Position numbers and translations under genes: made by a program. Under the pieces are notes generated by a model. That model made no database searches and had not been told where the DNA came from. It saw only the letters and a list, made by a program, of their open reading frames with translations. From assembly GCA_052038585.1 (NCBI GenBank), contig JBQGCR010000189.1, positions 1 through 28,639 on the forward strand: DNA of 28,639 nt, in the 5' to 3' direction. This DNA is from Kineosporiaceae bacterium (GTDB lineage: Bacteria > Actinomycetota > Actinomycetes > Actinomycetales > Kineosporiaceae). How positions within the stretch are numbered: position 1 is the stretch's first letter; each line of letters begins with the position of its first letter. Shown here one piece after another: positions 9,224 through 17,435 of this stretch.

Positions 9224-9341
9224 GCCATCCGGCGCGTCATCGCCCTCACAGCGGCAGCTCCGCCCTGTCTCTGGCGACCGCCACGTCACGCCGTACCCGC
9301 CCTGCGGACGCCGCGACACCGCTCCCCGTCCAGGCTCCACG

Positions 9342-10589
9342 TCATGATCGCAGAGCGCCGGACGGCTCAGCTCCACCTGCGTCACCCTCCTGTCCGGCGT
9401 GGCTGGTACGGCCGAGAAGCTCCACAGCGCGGAGGGTCACGGTGGAACGGGTCACGGGCAGGCCTTCTGCGGCCAGCTGCCCGCGGGCGCGTCGCTGCAG
9501 CACCACGCGCAGACCACCGACCTCCGCCAAGACCGCTTCGAGGTCGGCGACATCCGTAGCTGCAACGCCACCGGTAGCGGAAAGTCCCGAGCGCTGCGCG
9601 GCCGGTGCGGTGTCCCACCACGGACCGGGACACCGCAGACGTGCAGGACTGCGGGTTGCGGGGTCCGCGGCGAGTGCGTGCAGGGCCGGGATCGCTGCCG
9701 CGGCCGGCAGGCCGTGATCGAGGATGGCGTCCGCGACCACGTCCGTCAGCCGCCCGGAGATCCCACAGGCCGGCAGGCAGGCCGTGACGGCGTCGCAGAT
9801 CGGCGCAACGGGCGGCGACGTCGACCAGGTCGCTGACACCCAGGAGGGCCAGCATCTGCGCCCGCCGCCCGCTCCGGCGGTCGAGCGGCGGCGTGCCGTG
9901 CGGATTCTCAACGCCGGCGTCCCTGGCATCGGGTGCCGTGGAGGAGGGGCGGGGAGGAGGTGTGTTCTCGGTCAAGAACTCTGGGTTGGGCCGCGCCGGT
10001 GCGGCCACCCTGGCCGCACCCGTGCGGCCAGGGGTAGCCGCATCCTTGCGGCCACCCCTCCCCCGCGTCGCCCGGTCCGTAACCCCTGAGCGGGTGGCGC
10101 GGACCAGGTAACTGTTGGTCAGGTTCACTCCGTCCCGGCAACGGCGGGTCACCTCGACCGCCCCGATCCCGACCAGCTCCCTCAACGCCCTGTCAACGGA
10201 GTCGACGGACTTCTTCCGCAGCCGGTCGGCCAGGGTTCGCCGCGACGGCATCCGCCGGCCCGAGGACTGGCCGTACCTCAGCAGCACCGCGTACAGCCCG
10301 ACCGCGGCGTCGGAGATGTCGGCGTCCAGGACCCATTCCGGGACGATCGCGAACCGCTCCTCCAACAGCAGCGCAGCCGCATGCCGGCCGGTGTCCCCAG
10401 CGGCGTCGTGCCGGTCCGCCGGTTCGAGGTCGTCGACGTGGTCACCGGTCTGCGTGCGGGACGGGACGGCATCTGCCGACACGTTCCAGCGCTCGCCGGA
10501 CGGCGGGGGATGCGTTCTTCGAGGTCGTTGACGACGGGGGGCTCGAGGGGTTCGACTGGGCGTGGCAGGGCGAGCGAAGGGGTGGGCAT
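9342..10589 (-). pseudogene. Winged-HTH replication-initiator-like protein, copy 1, with two opposite frameshifts
   Basis: Colinear with the intact paralog at 26916-28265 (FAIVPEWVLDA.ISDAAV.LYAVLLRYG...SVDRAL.ELV; DPATRSPARL.CPGPWW). One base missing in the G5 run at 10505-10509 and one extra in the C3 run at 9762-9764; total span 1248 bp = 416 codons; GGAGG RBS. Confidence 0.8.
9989..10053. repeat. Three 18-bp palindromic iteron-like units inside rep copy 1
   Basis: GGCCGCGCCGGTGCGGCC (9989-10006), GGCCGCACCCGTGCGGCC (10012-10029) and AGCCGCATCCTTGCGGCC (10036-10053), separated by 5-6 nt C- or G-run spacers. Confidence 0.8.
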
Positions 10590-10659
10590 CCGGGCCTCCA
10601 GCAAGGGGTCCGGCGGCACACCACCCCCGACCCGGCCGGCCCCGCAGGAGCGGCAGGCG

Positions 10660-10680
10660 TTGTCCGCGGATTGTCCGCGG
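10660..10680 (+). repeat. Tandem TTGTCCGCGG x2, candidate integrase arm-type sites (left arm of att1)
   Basis: 10660-10669 and 10671-10680, ending 128 bp before the att core; same sequence and spacing at 28335-28355. Confidence 0.65.
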
Positions 10681-10807
10681 CGGGACCGGGAGGTGGTGTG
10701 CCGCGCAGGGATCAACCGACACACGGCGGAATCCCGAAATCTCACTGACCTGCACCAACACCGACAGGGCGGACGCGGTGGCACCAGGCGGACCAGGACC
10801 GAGGCCT

Positions 10808-10851
10808 CTGAAATCGGAAGGCTTGCGGATCGACCCCGCCCCTGGCCACCA
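10808..10851 (+). mobile_element. att site 1: degenerate 3' half of tRNA-Phe(GAA)
   Basis: CTGAAA-TCGGAAGGCTTGCGGATCGACCCCGCCCCTGGCCACCA; differs from att2 by one missing A and 4 substitutions; no D-arm or 5' acceptor strand upstream. Confidence 0.85.
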
Positions 10852-10853
10852 CA

Positions 10854-10876
10854 CCCAGGTCGTTGACCTGGGGTTT
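10854..10876 (+). terminator. Short hairpin directly after att1
   Basis: CCCAGGTC-GTT-GACCTGGG followed by GTTT, in the position usual for a tRNA terminator. Confidence 0.5.
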
Positions 10877-10918
10877 CGTCATTCAGGACCCTCGAGCAGT
10901 CGCTCGATGCGCTTCCGC

Positions 10919-10949
10919 TTGCTCACGGTTGCTCACGAACTGCTCACGG
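10919..10949 (+). repeat. Triple TGCTCACG repeat, candidate integrase arm-type sites (right arm of att1)
   Basis: TTGCTCACGG (10919), TTGCTCACGA (10929), CTGCTCACGG (10940); 10-11 bp period; shares consensus TTGYYCRCGG with the left-arm repeats. Confidence 0.65.
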
Positions 10950-10982
10950 TTCGACCTTCCGACGAGAGTCGGAAGGTCGAAC
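10949..10982. repeat. Perfect 15-bp inverted repeat with a 4-nt loop
   Basis: GTTCGACCTTCCGAC-GAGA-GTCGGAAGGTCGAAC. Confidence 0.85.
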
Positions 10983-11153
10983 TCTCCGGGGCAATCCTGC
11001 GTCACTGCCCGACATAGCGCTCTTCAGCGGCCTCTGGCGGGTCAGTGTCGCCAGGGAGCCACCCGGCATAACCACGGATCTGCGACGCACCCGTGCGGCC
11101 TCTGACTCCTAGCCCCGGCCTACCGACTAGCGCCGAATTGCTGCCTCAGGACA

Positions 11154-12098
11154 CTAGAGGTCCAGCACCAGCGGACCTCTTCCGCGGGACACGCACAGGC
11201 ACATCCGGTCCTGCTTGTCCTGTTCTTCCACAGTGAGGAACTGGTCACGGTGATCCAGCCGACCAGCGAGCACGCCGGTGAGACAGGTTCCGCAGACGCC
11301 CGTCTCGCAGCTGCTGTCGACGACTACCCCGGCGCGCGCCAGGGCGTTCAGCGCAGACTCGCCGGCGCCGACGACGACCTCTTGCCCGGTGCTCGCCAGC
11401 GTGACCGTGAACGCGGACTCGGTGTCGAGCGGCGCTGCCGTGAACGCCTCGGTCACCGGCGTCGGAAGCCCGAGCCGTGTTGCAGCGGCGGCCACGTCGA
11501 GCATCCAGGCCGCCGGGCCGCAGATGTAGACGGCCTGCGGACGGGCCGCCAGGGCCTCCAGCAGCCGCTTGCCGGTTCCCGCGCGGTCGGCGCCGCGATG
11601 GAGGTGGACGTGGCCGCCGGGGTCTACGGCCGCGACCTGACGACGGAACGGCGATCGTGCGGGGTCCCGGACGACGTGATGGAGATCGAAGTGTGCGCCG
11701 CGCCGGGCGAGGTCACGGGCCATCGACAGCAGGGGGGTGATGCCGATGCCGGCGGCGAGCAGCAGCACCGGCCCGTCGTGGGCGCCCAGCGGAAAGGTGT
11801 TCCGCGGGGCCCCCACCGTGACGAGGTCGCCCACGGACAATGCGTGCATCGCGGCCGATCCCCCACGGGAGGCGATGTCCAGTCGCACCCCCAACTCGTA
11901 CCCCCCCGAAACGTCGGAGTCGCACACGGAGTACTGACGCACCAGGCCGTCGGGTCCGGCAGCAATGTCCAGATGGCTACCGGGAGGCGCAGGAGCCAGC
12001 GGGCCAGACTCCGGGGCGACGAGCAGCCGGACGACGTCGGGCGCCACCAGCTCACGTTCGACAAGCCGCATCCGGCTCCGCGGCGGCTGATCGATCAC
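11154..12098 (-). CDS. PDR/VanB-family flavin and 2Fe-2S reductase for the Rieske oxygenase
   Basis: RQYS flavin motif, SRGGS, AAGIGITP NAD motif, C-terminal SCETGVCGTC...CLCVSR ferredoxin; GTGA overlap with the oxygenase stop (alternative ATG at 12071). Confidence 0.93.
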   Translation of the reverse strand: MIDQPPRSRMRLVERELVAPDVVRLLVAPESGPLAPAPPGSHLDIAAGPDGLVRQYSVCDSDVSGGYELGVRLDIASRGGSAAMHALSVGDLVTVGAPRNTFPLGAHDGPVLLLAAGIGITPLLSMARDLARRGAHFDLHHVVRDPARSPFRRQVAAVDPGGHVHLHRGADRAGTGKRLLEALAARPQAVYICGPAAWMLDVAAAATRLGLPTPVTEAFTAAPLDTESAFTVTLASTGQEVVVGAGESALNALARAGVVVDSSCETGVCGTCLTGVLAGRLDHRDQFLTVEEQDKQDRMCLCVSRGRGPLVLDL

Positions 12099-13159
12099 CT
12101 CGGATCGGCCGCCGGCACCGTGGCCGGCGAGGGCCTTTCGGCGTCGAGAAGCTGCTCCATGATCCGGTGCCAGCGCACGACCCCGGCGTCCGTCTCCAGC
12201 AGGATCGGGCGCGGCGCGTCCGCAGCGAAGGCGCGCAGATTGTGGTGCTGCGCGCGGATCATGGGCTCGTCCTGCTCCTCGAAGGCGAAGCGACGCAGGT
12301 CGGCCACCTTCAGCCGCATCTCGTCGCTGTCCGTGCCCGGCTGCAACCCCCAGCGGGTCGCGGCGGTGTGGTAATGCGTCGTCGTCGCAGTCTCCGGGGT
12401 GAGCACGTGCGTCCCGAAGTAGCCGGTCCCGGCCCGCCGGTCTTCCCCCGGTGCCGTCACCCCGACGTCGAGCAGGAGGTGGGACGGCGCATCCCAACGG
12501 AAGTCCGTCCAGGTGTCGACGAGCTGGCCTCCGCGGCCGAACAGCATGTCGAACATGCCCGGGGGCGGCACCGATGCGGCCTCCCGCACGACGCGGATCG
12601 TCGTGCCCGTCTGGACTACCTGCGTGCGTACGCCGAGCATCTGCTCGTTGCCGAGGATCCCGTCGTGCAAGAAGCTCGTGTGACTGCAATCCAGCAGGTT
12701 GTCGACGATGAGATCGAACGGTGCGTCCATCACCAAGTGGTCTCGGCGAGTGACGAAGTCCTCGCTGTCGAGGATGCTGAAGTCGGGGATCAGACGTTCG
12801 TCCGGAGTACCGTCGCCCGCCCACATCCAGATGCCGCCGTGCCGCTCCACGACCGTTCTGGTCGGCACGGAGGTACCGCGCGGGATCCGACCGTCCCCGT
12901 GAGGATTGCCCACGCAGGCGCCGGTGCTGTCGAACACCAGGCCGTGATAGCCGCAGGTGAGGCGGTCGCCGTTCAGCCGTCCCATCGACAGCGGCGCCGA
13001 GCGATGCGGGCAACGGTCCTCGAGCGCGTGCACGAGACCGTTCGGTTCTCGGAAGAAGACCATCGGCCTGTCGAGGAGGGTCCGGGCAAGCATCCGCCCG
13101 GGGACGACGTCGGCCGACCAGGCTGCGAGGTACCAGGCTGTGCGGAGGTACTCCATCAT
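12095..13159 (-). CDS. Rieske non-heme iron oxygenase, VanA/DdmC (O-demethylase)-like alpha subunit
   Basis: CPHR...CGYH Rieske cluster, DNLLDCSHTSFLH mononuclear Fe motif, late QDE; NPHGDG and GTHVLTPET resemble dicamba monooxygenase DdmC as I recall it; GGAGAG RBS. Confidence 0.92.
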   Translation of the reverse strand: MMEYLRTAWYLAAWSADVVPGRMLARTLLDRPMVFFREPNGLVHALEDRCPHRSAPLSMGRLNGDRLTCGYHGLVFDSTGACVGNPHGDGRIPRGTSVPTRTVVERHGGIWMWAGDGTPDERLIPDFSILDSEDFVTRRDHLVMDAPFDLIVDNLLDCSHTSFLHDGILGNEQMLGVRTQVVQTGTTIRVVREAASVPPPGMFDMLFGRGGQLVDTWTDFRWDAPSHLLLDVGVTAPGEDRRAGTGYFGTHVLTPETATTTHYHTAATRWGLQPGTDSDEMRLKVADLRRFAFEEQDEPMIRAQHHNLRAFAADAPRPILLETDAGVVRWHRIMEQLLDAERPSPATVPAADPR

Positions 13160-13177
13160 GCTCTCCATCCCCATTGA

Positions 13178-13234
13178 TGTACTCAGCAGTACAGGAATTG
13201 GGATGAGAGTGGGCCCGACAGGGGCGGATGTCAA
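13178..13234 (-). promoter_or_regulatory. Housekeeping-type promoter and downstream operator for the Rieske operon
   Basis: TTGACA (13229-13234) -N17- CACTCT (13206-13211) on the minus strand; palindrome TGTACT-CAGC-AGTACA (13178-13193) between the predicted TSS and the RBS. Confidence 0.55.
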
Positions 13235-13253
13235 TCCCCTGCCTGCCGGCCGA

Positions 13254-13829
13254 TCAGCGAACGATGCTCGGCAGGATGAGGTCCACGACGCGCGCCGGCC
13301 ATGCCGGGTCCGCCCAGCCCCGGCCCGCGAGGTGGTCCGCGTACAGCGCTCCGAACATCAGGCTTACGACGGCCTCGACGTCACAGTCGGCCGCGACCTG
13401 CCCCGCGGCGATCCCCCGCCGAAGCACGTTCGTGCACTGCTCGCGCCGGGGAAGAATGGTGCTTTCGCGCACGATCCGGAGCAGCTCTCCATCGGTCGCC
13501 TCATCGACCAGGCAACTGCCGATGATCGTCATCCCGCGCACGTCGACGTACTGCCGCCGCATCGTGTCCAGGACCGCGACGAGGTCGGTCCGCAGGTCGC
13601 CCGTCACGGGCGGAAGCTCCGCCAGTCGCAGATGTGCGAGCGCGGCACCGACGAGATCCTCCTTGCGGCGCCACCGGCTGTACACGGTCATCTTCGAGAC
13701 GCCCGCGGCCGTCGCCACCTGGTCCATGGTGAACGCGGGACCTTCTGTGCCGAGCAGGTCGAGTGCGGCCTCGAGGACGGCGCGGTCCTTGCCGGGATCT
13801 CGCGGTCTTCCACGAGTCGTTGCAGCCAC
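13254..13829 (-). CDS. TetR/AcrR family transcriptional regulator
   Basis: GRPRD...VLEAALDLL...FTMDQVATAAGVSKMTVYSRWRRKEDL HTH; C-terminal PVTGDLRTDL pattern. Confidence 0.95.
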   Translation of the reverse strand: MAATTRGRPRDPGKDRAVLEAALDLLGTEGPAFTMDQVATAAGVSKMTVYSRWRRKEDLVGAALAHLRLAELPPVTGDLRTDLVAVLDTMRRQYVDVRGMTIIGSCLVDEATDGELLRIVRESTILPRREQCTNVLRRGIAAGQVAADCDVEAVVSLMFGALYADHLAGRGWADPAWPARVVDLILPSIVR

Positions 13830-13865
13830 CCGCGGATGGTACGCCCCTTGCGGAGACCAGGAACC

Positions 13866-13905
13866 TGTGTCATCGTCACACCGCTACGTTCATCAATTGT
13901 TACAT
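13866..13905. promoter_or_regulatory. Candidate PaaX-type bipartite operator upstream of the hydrolase
   Basis: TGTGTCATC at 13866 is identical to the left half-site at 21112; imperfect partner TGTTACAT at 13898-13905 (25-nt spacer). Confidence 0.4.
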
Positions 13906-13927
13906 CGACTCACACCGGGGTGAGCTC

Positions 13928-14647
13928 ATGAGCAGCACCGATCCCTTCGTTCTCGTCACCGGCGCCTGGCACGGCGGCTGGGGGTGGCGGCCGGTCGCCG
14001 AGCACCTTCGGGCTGCCGGCCACCGGGTCTACACCCCGACGCTTCCCGGTCTCGCCGACGGCGACGACCCCACGGGTCTCACCCTCGCCGATACCGCCCG
14101 GGCCGTCGTGGACCTGGTCGTGGGCGAGGACCTCCACGACGTCCGGCTCGTGGGGCACAGCTGGGGCGGATACGTGATCACTGCCGCGGCTCCCGCTCTG
14201 GCCGACCGGCTGCGCAAGCTCGTCTACTGGAGCGCCTTCGTGCCCGCCGAGGGCAAGTCGCTCTTCGATGAGGTCCCGCCGCACTACCAGGACCTCTTCC
14301 GCGCGGTGGCCGGGGCATCCGGCAACAACACCGTGACCCTGCCGTTCGAGGTCTGGCAGCAGGGCTTCATGAACGATGCGGACGAGGCGGCTCAACGCAT
14401 CGTGCACTCTTTGCTCGTGCCGCAGCCGTTCCAGTACTTCACCGAGCCGGTCACTCCGCTGGACCCGGCCTTGGGAATCGAGACGAGTTACCTGCTGTCC
14501 GAGCTCGACCTCGGCCTGCCGCCGGGGGAGTACGGCTGGGAGCGATTCGCCGATCGGCTGAGCGTGCCCGTCCAGAAGGCGCCCGGGAGCCACGAGGCGC
14601 TGTTCACCGAGCCCGCCGGCCTCGCCGAGGCCCTCCGGCAGGCCTGA
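13928..14647 (+). CDS. Alpha/beta hydrolase of the salicylate/methyl-ester esterase type
   Basis: FVLVTGAWHGGWGW oxyanion region, GHSWGG nucleophile elbow, C-terminal GSHE catalytic His; 239 aa. Confidence 0.88.
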   Translation: MSSTDPFVLVTGAWHGGWGWRPVAEHLRAAGHRVYTPTLPGLADGDDPTGLTLADTARAVVDLVVGEDLHDVRLVGHSWGGYVITAAAPALADRLRKLVYWSAFVPAEGKSLFDEVPPHYQDLFRAVAGASGNNTVTLPFEVWQQGFMNDADEAAQRIVHSLLVPQPFQYFTEPVTPLDPALGIETSYLLSELDLGLPPGEYGWERFADRLSVPVQKAPGSHEALFTEPAGLAEALRQA

Positions 14648-14683
14648 GCCAGCGGTCCAGGGTGTGGCGTCGAGGGTCCAAGG

Positions 14684-14715
14684 GGGCGGGTCGTGACGGC
14701 AGTCACGACCAGCCC
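14684..14715. terminator. Hairpin downstream of the hydrolase
   Basis: GGTCGTGAC-GGCA-GTCACGACC, extended by GGGC/GCCC after one mismatch. Confidence 0.55.
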
Positions 14716-14771
14716 TCGCCGTTGGGTCGGAGGCAAGCGGCGTCGGAGGCGCCGGAAAGGCGCACTGCATT

Positions 14772-15608
14772 ATGGGACCCGTGGCTCAACGACCCCGCAC
14801 ACTGGTCCTCGACCTCTTCGGTGACTACCTGCGCTACCTCGACGGCGAAGTGCGGCTGAGTCATCTCACGACGCTTCTCGAGGCCTTCGGTATCGGTGCG
14901 CCCACGACGCGGGTGACTCTGTCCCGGCTCCGGCGCGAAGGCTGGTTCGAGACCGAGCGCATCGGCCGGGAGACGCTCTACCGGCTCACTCCGGGCATGC
15001 TCGGCGTCCTGGACGAGGGGCGCGAACGGATCTTCGCCGCACCCGTGACCCAGTGGTCCGGCACCTGGACGCTCGTCATCTACCAGGTGCCGGAGTCCGA
15101 GCGGCAGGAGCGCAACACCTTGCGCAAGTCGCTGTCGTGGAACGGTTTCGGGGCTCTGACAACGTCCACCTGGCTCGCCCCGGGAGATCGACGGCAGGAG
15201 ACGCGCACCCTTGTCGACTCCCTCACTGACGAGCTCGTAGACGTCCTGGCATGCGCCTCCGAGGGGCTCGAACACGACCGCGACCTCGCCCGCCGCTGCT
15301 GGGATCTCGAGGCGCTGGCACGGCAGTACGCCGAGTTCGTCAGTGACCACACAAGCCTGCTCCGCGCGGGGGCGGAACTATCCGGGGCCCCGGCCCTCCT
15401 GGCCCGCACCGGGCTCATCAGCGCCTATCGCGTCTTCCCCTTCCGGGACCCCAGACTCCCCCCCGACCTCCGGCCGGACCCGTGGCCGGGGGCGCAGGCG
15501 TACGACCTGTTCCGCAGGGTCCACACGTTGCTCGGACCTGCGGCGCGGGCCTACGTCGGACAGGTCGTCGGCGTCGAGCCGCCCGACCCCGGGCCGGCCG
15601 CCGACTGA
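14772..15608 (+). CDS. paaX: PaaX family transcriptional regulator (paralog 1)
   Basis: LVLDLFGDYLR, RVTLSRLRREGW, WSGTWTLVIYQVPE, C-terminal RVFPFRDPRLPPDLRPDPWPG; alternative GTG start at 14781. Confidence 0.92.
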   Translation: MGPVAQRPRTLVLDLFGDYLRYLDGEVRLSHLTTLLEAFGIGAPTTRVTLSRLRREGWFETERIGRETLYRLTPGMLGVLDEGRERIFAAPVTQWSGTWTLVIYQVPESERQERNTLRKSLSWNGFGALTTSTWLAPGDRRQETRTLVDSLTDELVDVLACASEGLEHDRDLARRCWDLEALARQYAEFVSDHTSLLRAGAELSGAPALLARTGLISAYRVFPFRDPRLPPDLRPDPWPGAQAYDLFRRVHTLLGPAARAYVGQVVGVEPPDPGPAAD

Positions 15609-15746
15609 CGGACCCGCGGCACGGCAACATCGGCCCACGGCAGCTCACCGGGGCCGTCACCCTGACACAGCTCGACCTGGCTGGACCTGGCTCGTCAGCG
15701 CTCTCCACGGTTCGTCGACGTCGGACGTTCGGGAGAGGCGCACGGC

Positions 15747-17435
15747 TCAGGACGGCGACAGGCGCCGGACGACGTCCTGACGCAACGCCTTCTTGTCGAT
15801 CTTGCCGACCTTGGTGGCCGGCAACTCGGGGATGACCTCGAGCCGCTCGGGGACCTTGTAGGTGGCCGCACCGGCCGCGAGCACTGCCGCGCGGACATCC
15901 GCGAGCGCGAGTGACGCACCGTCGGCGAGAACTGCGTACAGGCAGACACGCTCGCCGAGCACGGCATCCGGCATCGCCACGGCCGCACACTGCACCACCT
16001 GGGGCAGGCTGCGGTAGACGAGATTCTCGACGTCCTCGGCGCTGATCTTCTCCCCGCCCCGGTTGATCATGTCCTTGTCGCGGCCCTCGACGACGAGGTT
16101 GCCGTCCGGCCGCCGCCGGACGATGTCGCCGCTGCGGTACCAGCCGTCAGGGGTGAAGGCTCGGGCGTTCTGCTCCGGGGCGCGGTAGTAGCCGCGCGGC
16201 GTGTAGGGACCTCGGGTGAGCAGCGAACCGGCGGTGCCGTCGGAGACGTCCACGCCGAACTCGTCCACGATGCGCACCTCGTCGCCCTCGCTCATCGGAC
16301 GGCCCTGGGTCGTACAGACGACCTCGTCCGGGTCGTCGTCACGGGTGTAGTTGAGCAGCCCCTCGGCCATGCCGAACACCTGCTGCAGCCGGCAGCCCAG
16401 CACCGGCTGCACGGTGCGGGCGACGTCGTCCGCGAGCCGGGCCCCGCCCACCTGCAGCAGCCGCAGGGTGGCCAGCTGCGCGGCCCCGTACTCCTTCGCG
16501 TGCGTGATCCAGCGCTGGGCCACCGCGGGAACGGCCGCCGCGACGGTGACCCCCTCCGCAGCGATGGTGGCGAACACTCGCTCCGGCTCCGGCGAGGGCA
16601 GCAGGACGGTCCGCCCGCCGGCGAGCATCGTGCCGAGCAGGCCGGGGCAGGCGAGCGGGAAGTTGTGCGAGGCCGGCAGCGTCCCCAGGTACACGGCGTC
16701 CGGGCCCAAACCGCAGACCTCCGCGCTGGCCCGGGCGTTGTAGGCGTAGTCGTCGTGCGTCCTGGCGATGAGCTTCGGCAGGCCGGTCGTGCCGCCGGAA
16801 AGCAGGAAGACGGCGACGCTGCGGCTGTCCGGTGCGGCGGCGTCCCAGCGTGCCCGGTGCGCGGCCGCCTCGTCGGCGTCCTCGGGCTCGGCGCACAGTG
16901 CCGTGAGGTCGACGTGCCCGGTGCGCGGCGCGGAGCCGACCACGAGGACGTGCTCGAGGGTCGGGGCGTCCGCCCGAAGCTCGTCGGCGAGCGCCTCGTG
17001 GTCGAAGTCGCGCAGCACGTCCGGCACCGCCACGGCGGCCGCCTCGCTGTGGTCGACGATGTAGGCCATCTCGTGTCGACGGTGCGCGGGCAGGGCCATC
17101 ACCGGGACGATCCCGGCCCGCAGGCAAGCCAGCGTGAGGACGACGAACTGCCAGCAGTTCGGCAGCTGGACGACGACCCGGTCCTCGCGCCGCAGCCCGA
17201 GCTCGTCGGTCAGGCGGGTGGCGAGGGCGTCGGCGCGCGCCGTGAGGGAGCGGTAGGTGAGGCGCACCTCGTCGTCGACGAGGGCCACCGCGTCAGGGCG
17301 TCCGTCGGCGACGGCGAACAGCTCGGTGCCGAGCGAGAGGCCGCGCCACCACCCGCGTGCGGCGTAATCGCGGGCGAGGTCGTCGGGCCAGGGGACGACA
17401 CCGTCGCAGAGCGGGCTCACGGGCGTGCGGCTCAC
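15747..17435 (-). CDS. sdgA: Salicylate/2,3-dihydroxybenzoate-AMP ligase (DhbE family), SdgA-like
   Basis: LLSGGTTGLPKLIARTHDDYAY, PASHNFPLACPG, QQVFGMAEGLLNYTR, RGPYTPRGYYRA, KVGKIDK; context matches the Streptomyces sdgABC order. Confidence 0.9.
   Translation of the reverse strand: MSRTPVSPLCDGVVPWPDDLARDYAARGWWRGLSLGTELFAVADGRPDAVALVDDEVRLTYRSLTARADALATRLTDELGLRREDRVVVQLPNCWQFVVLTLACLRAGIVPVMALPAHRRHEMAYIVDHSEAAAVAVPDVLRDFDHEALADELRADAPTLEHVLVVGSAPRTGHVDLTALCAEPEDADEAAAHRARWDAAAPDSRSVAVFLLSGGTTGLPKLIARTHDDYAYNARASAEVCGLGPDAVYLGTLPASHNFPLACPGLLGTMLAGGRTVLLPSPEPERVFATIAAEGVTVAAAVPAVAQRWITHAKEYGAAQLATLRLLQVGGARLADDVARTVQPVLGCRLQQVFGMAEGLLNYTRDDDPDEVVCTTQGRPMSEGDEVRIVDEFGVDVSDGTAGSLLTRGPYTPRGYYRAPEQNARAFTPDGWYRSGDIVRRRPDGNLVVEGRDKDMINRGGEKISAEDVENLVYRSLPQVVQCAAVAMPDAVLGERVCLYAVLADGASLALADVRAAVLAAGAATYKVPERLEVIPELPATKVGKIDKKALRQDVVRRLSPS

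Larger units (their letters stand above)
9412..10851 (+). repeat. Diverged direct repeat, copy 1 (rep-like gene + att arm + tRNA-Phe 3' half)
   Basis: Aligns by eye to about 26992-28526; 10691-10810 vs 28366-28485 differ at only 3 of 120 positions. Confidence 0.92.

Noticed and set aside
9989-10053. CRISPR array interpretation of the palindromic repeats (also 27568-27720)
   Set aside because: Spacers are only 5-6 nt and near-constant, the units lie within a coding region, and no cas genes are present.
10883-10930. Tiny minus-strand ORF MSKRKRIERLLEGPE beside att1 as an integrase C-terminal remnant or Xis
   Set aside because: Too short, no recognisable motif, and it overlaps the arm repeats.
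15747-17435. Siderophore NRPS starter (DhbE/EntE/MbtA) role
   Set aside because: No carrier protein, NRPS or isochorismate genes; the context is catabolic (sdgB/C, gentisate operon).
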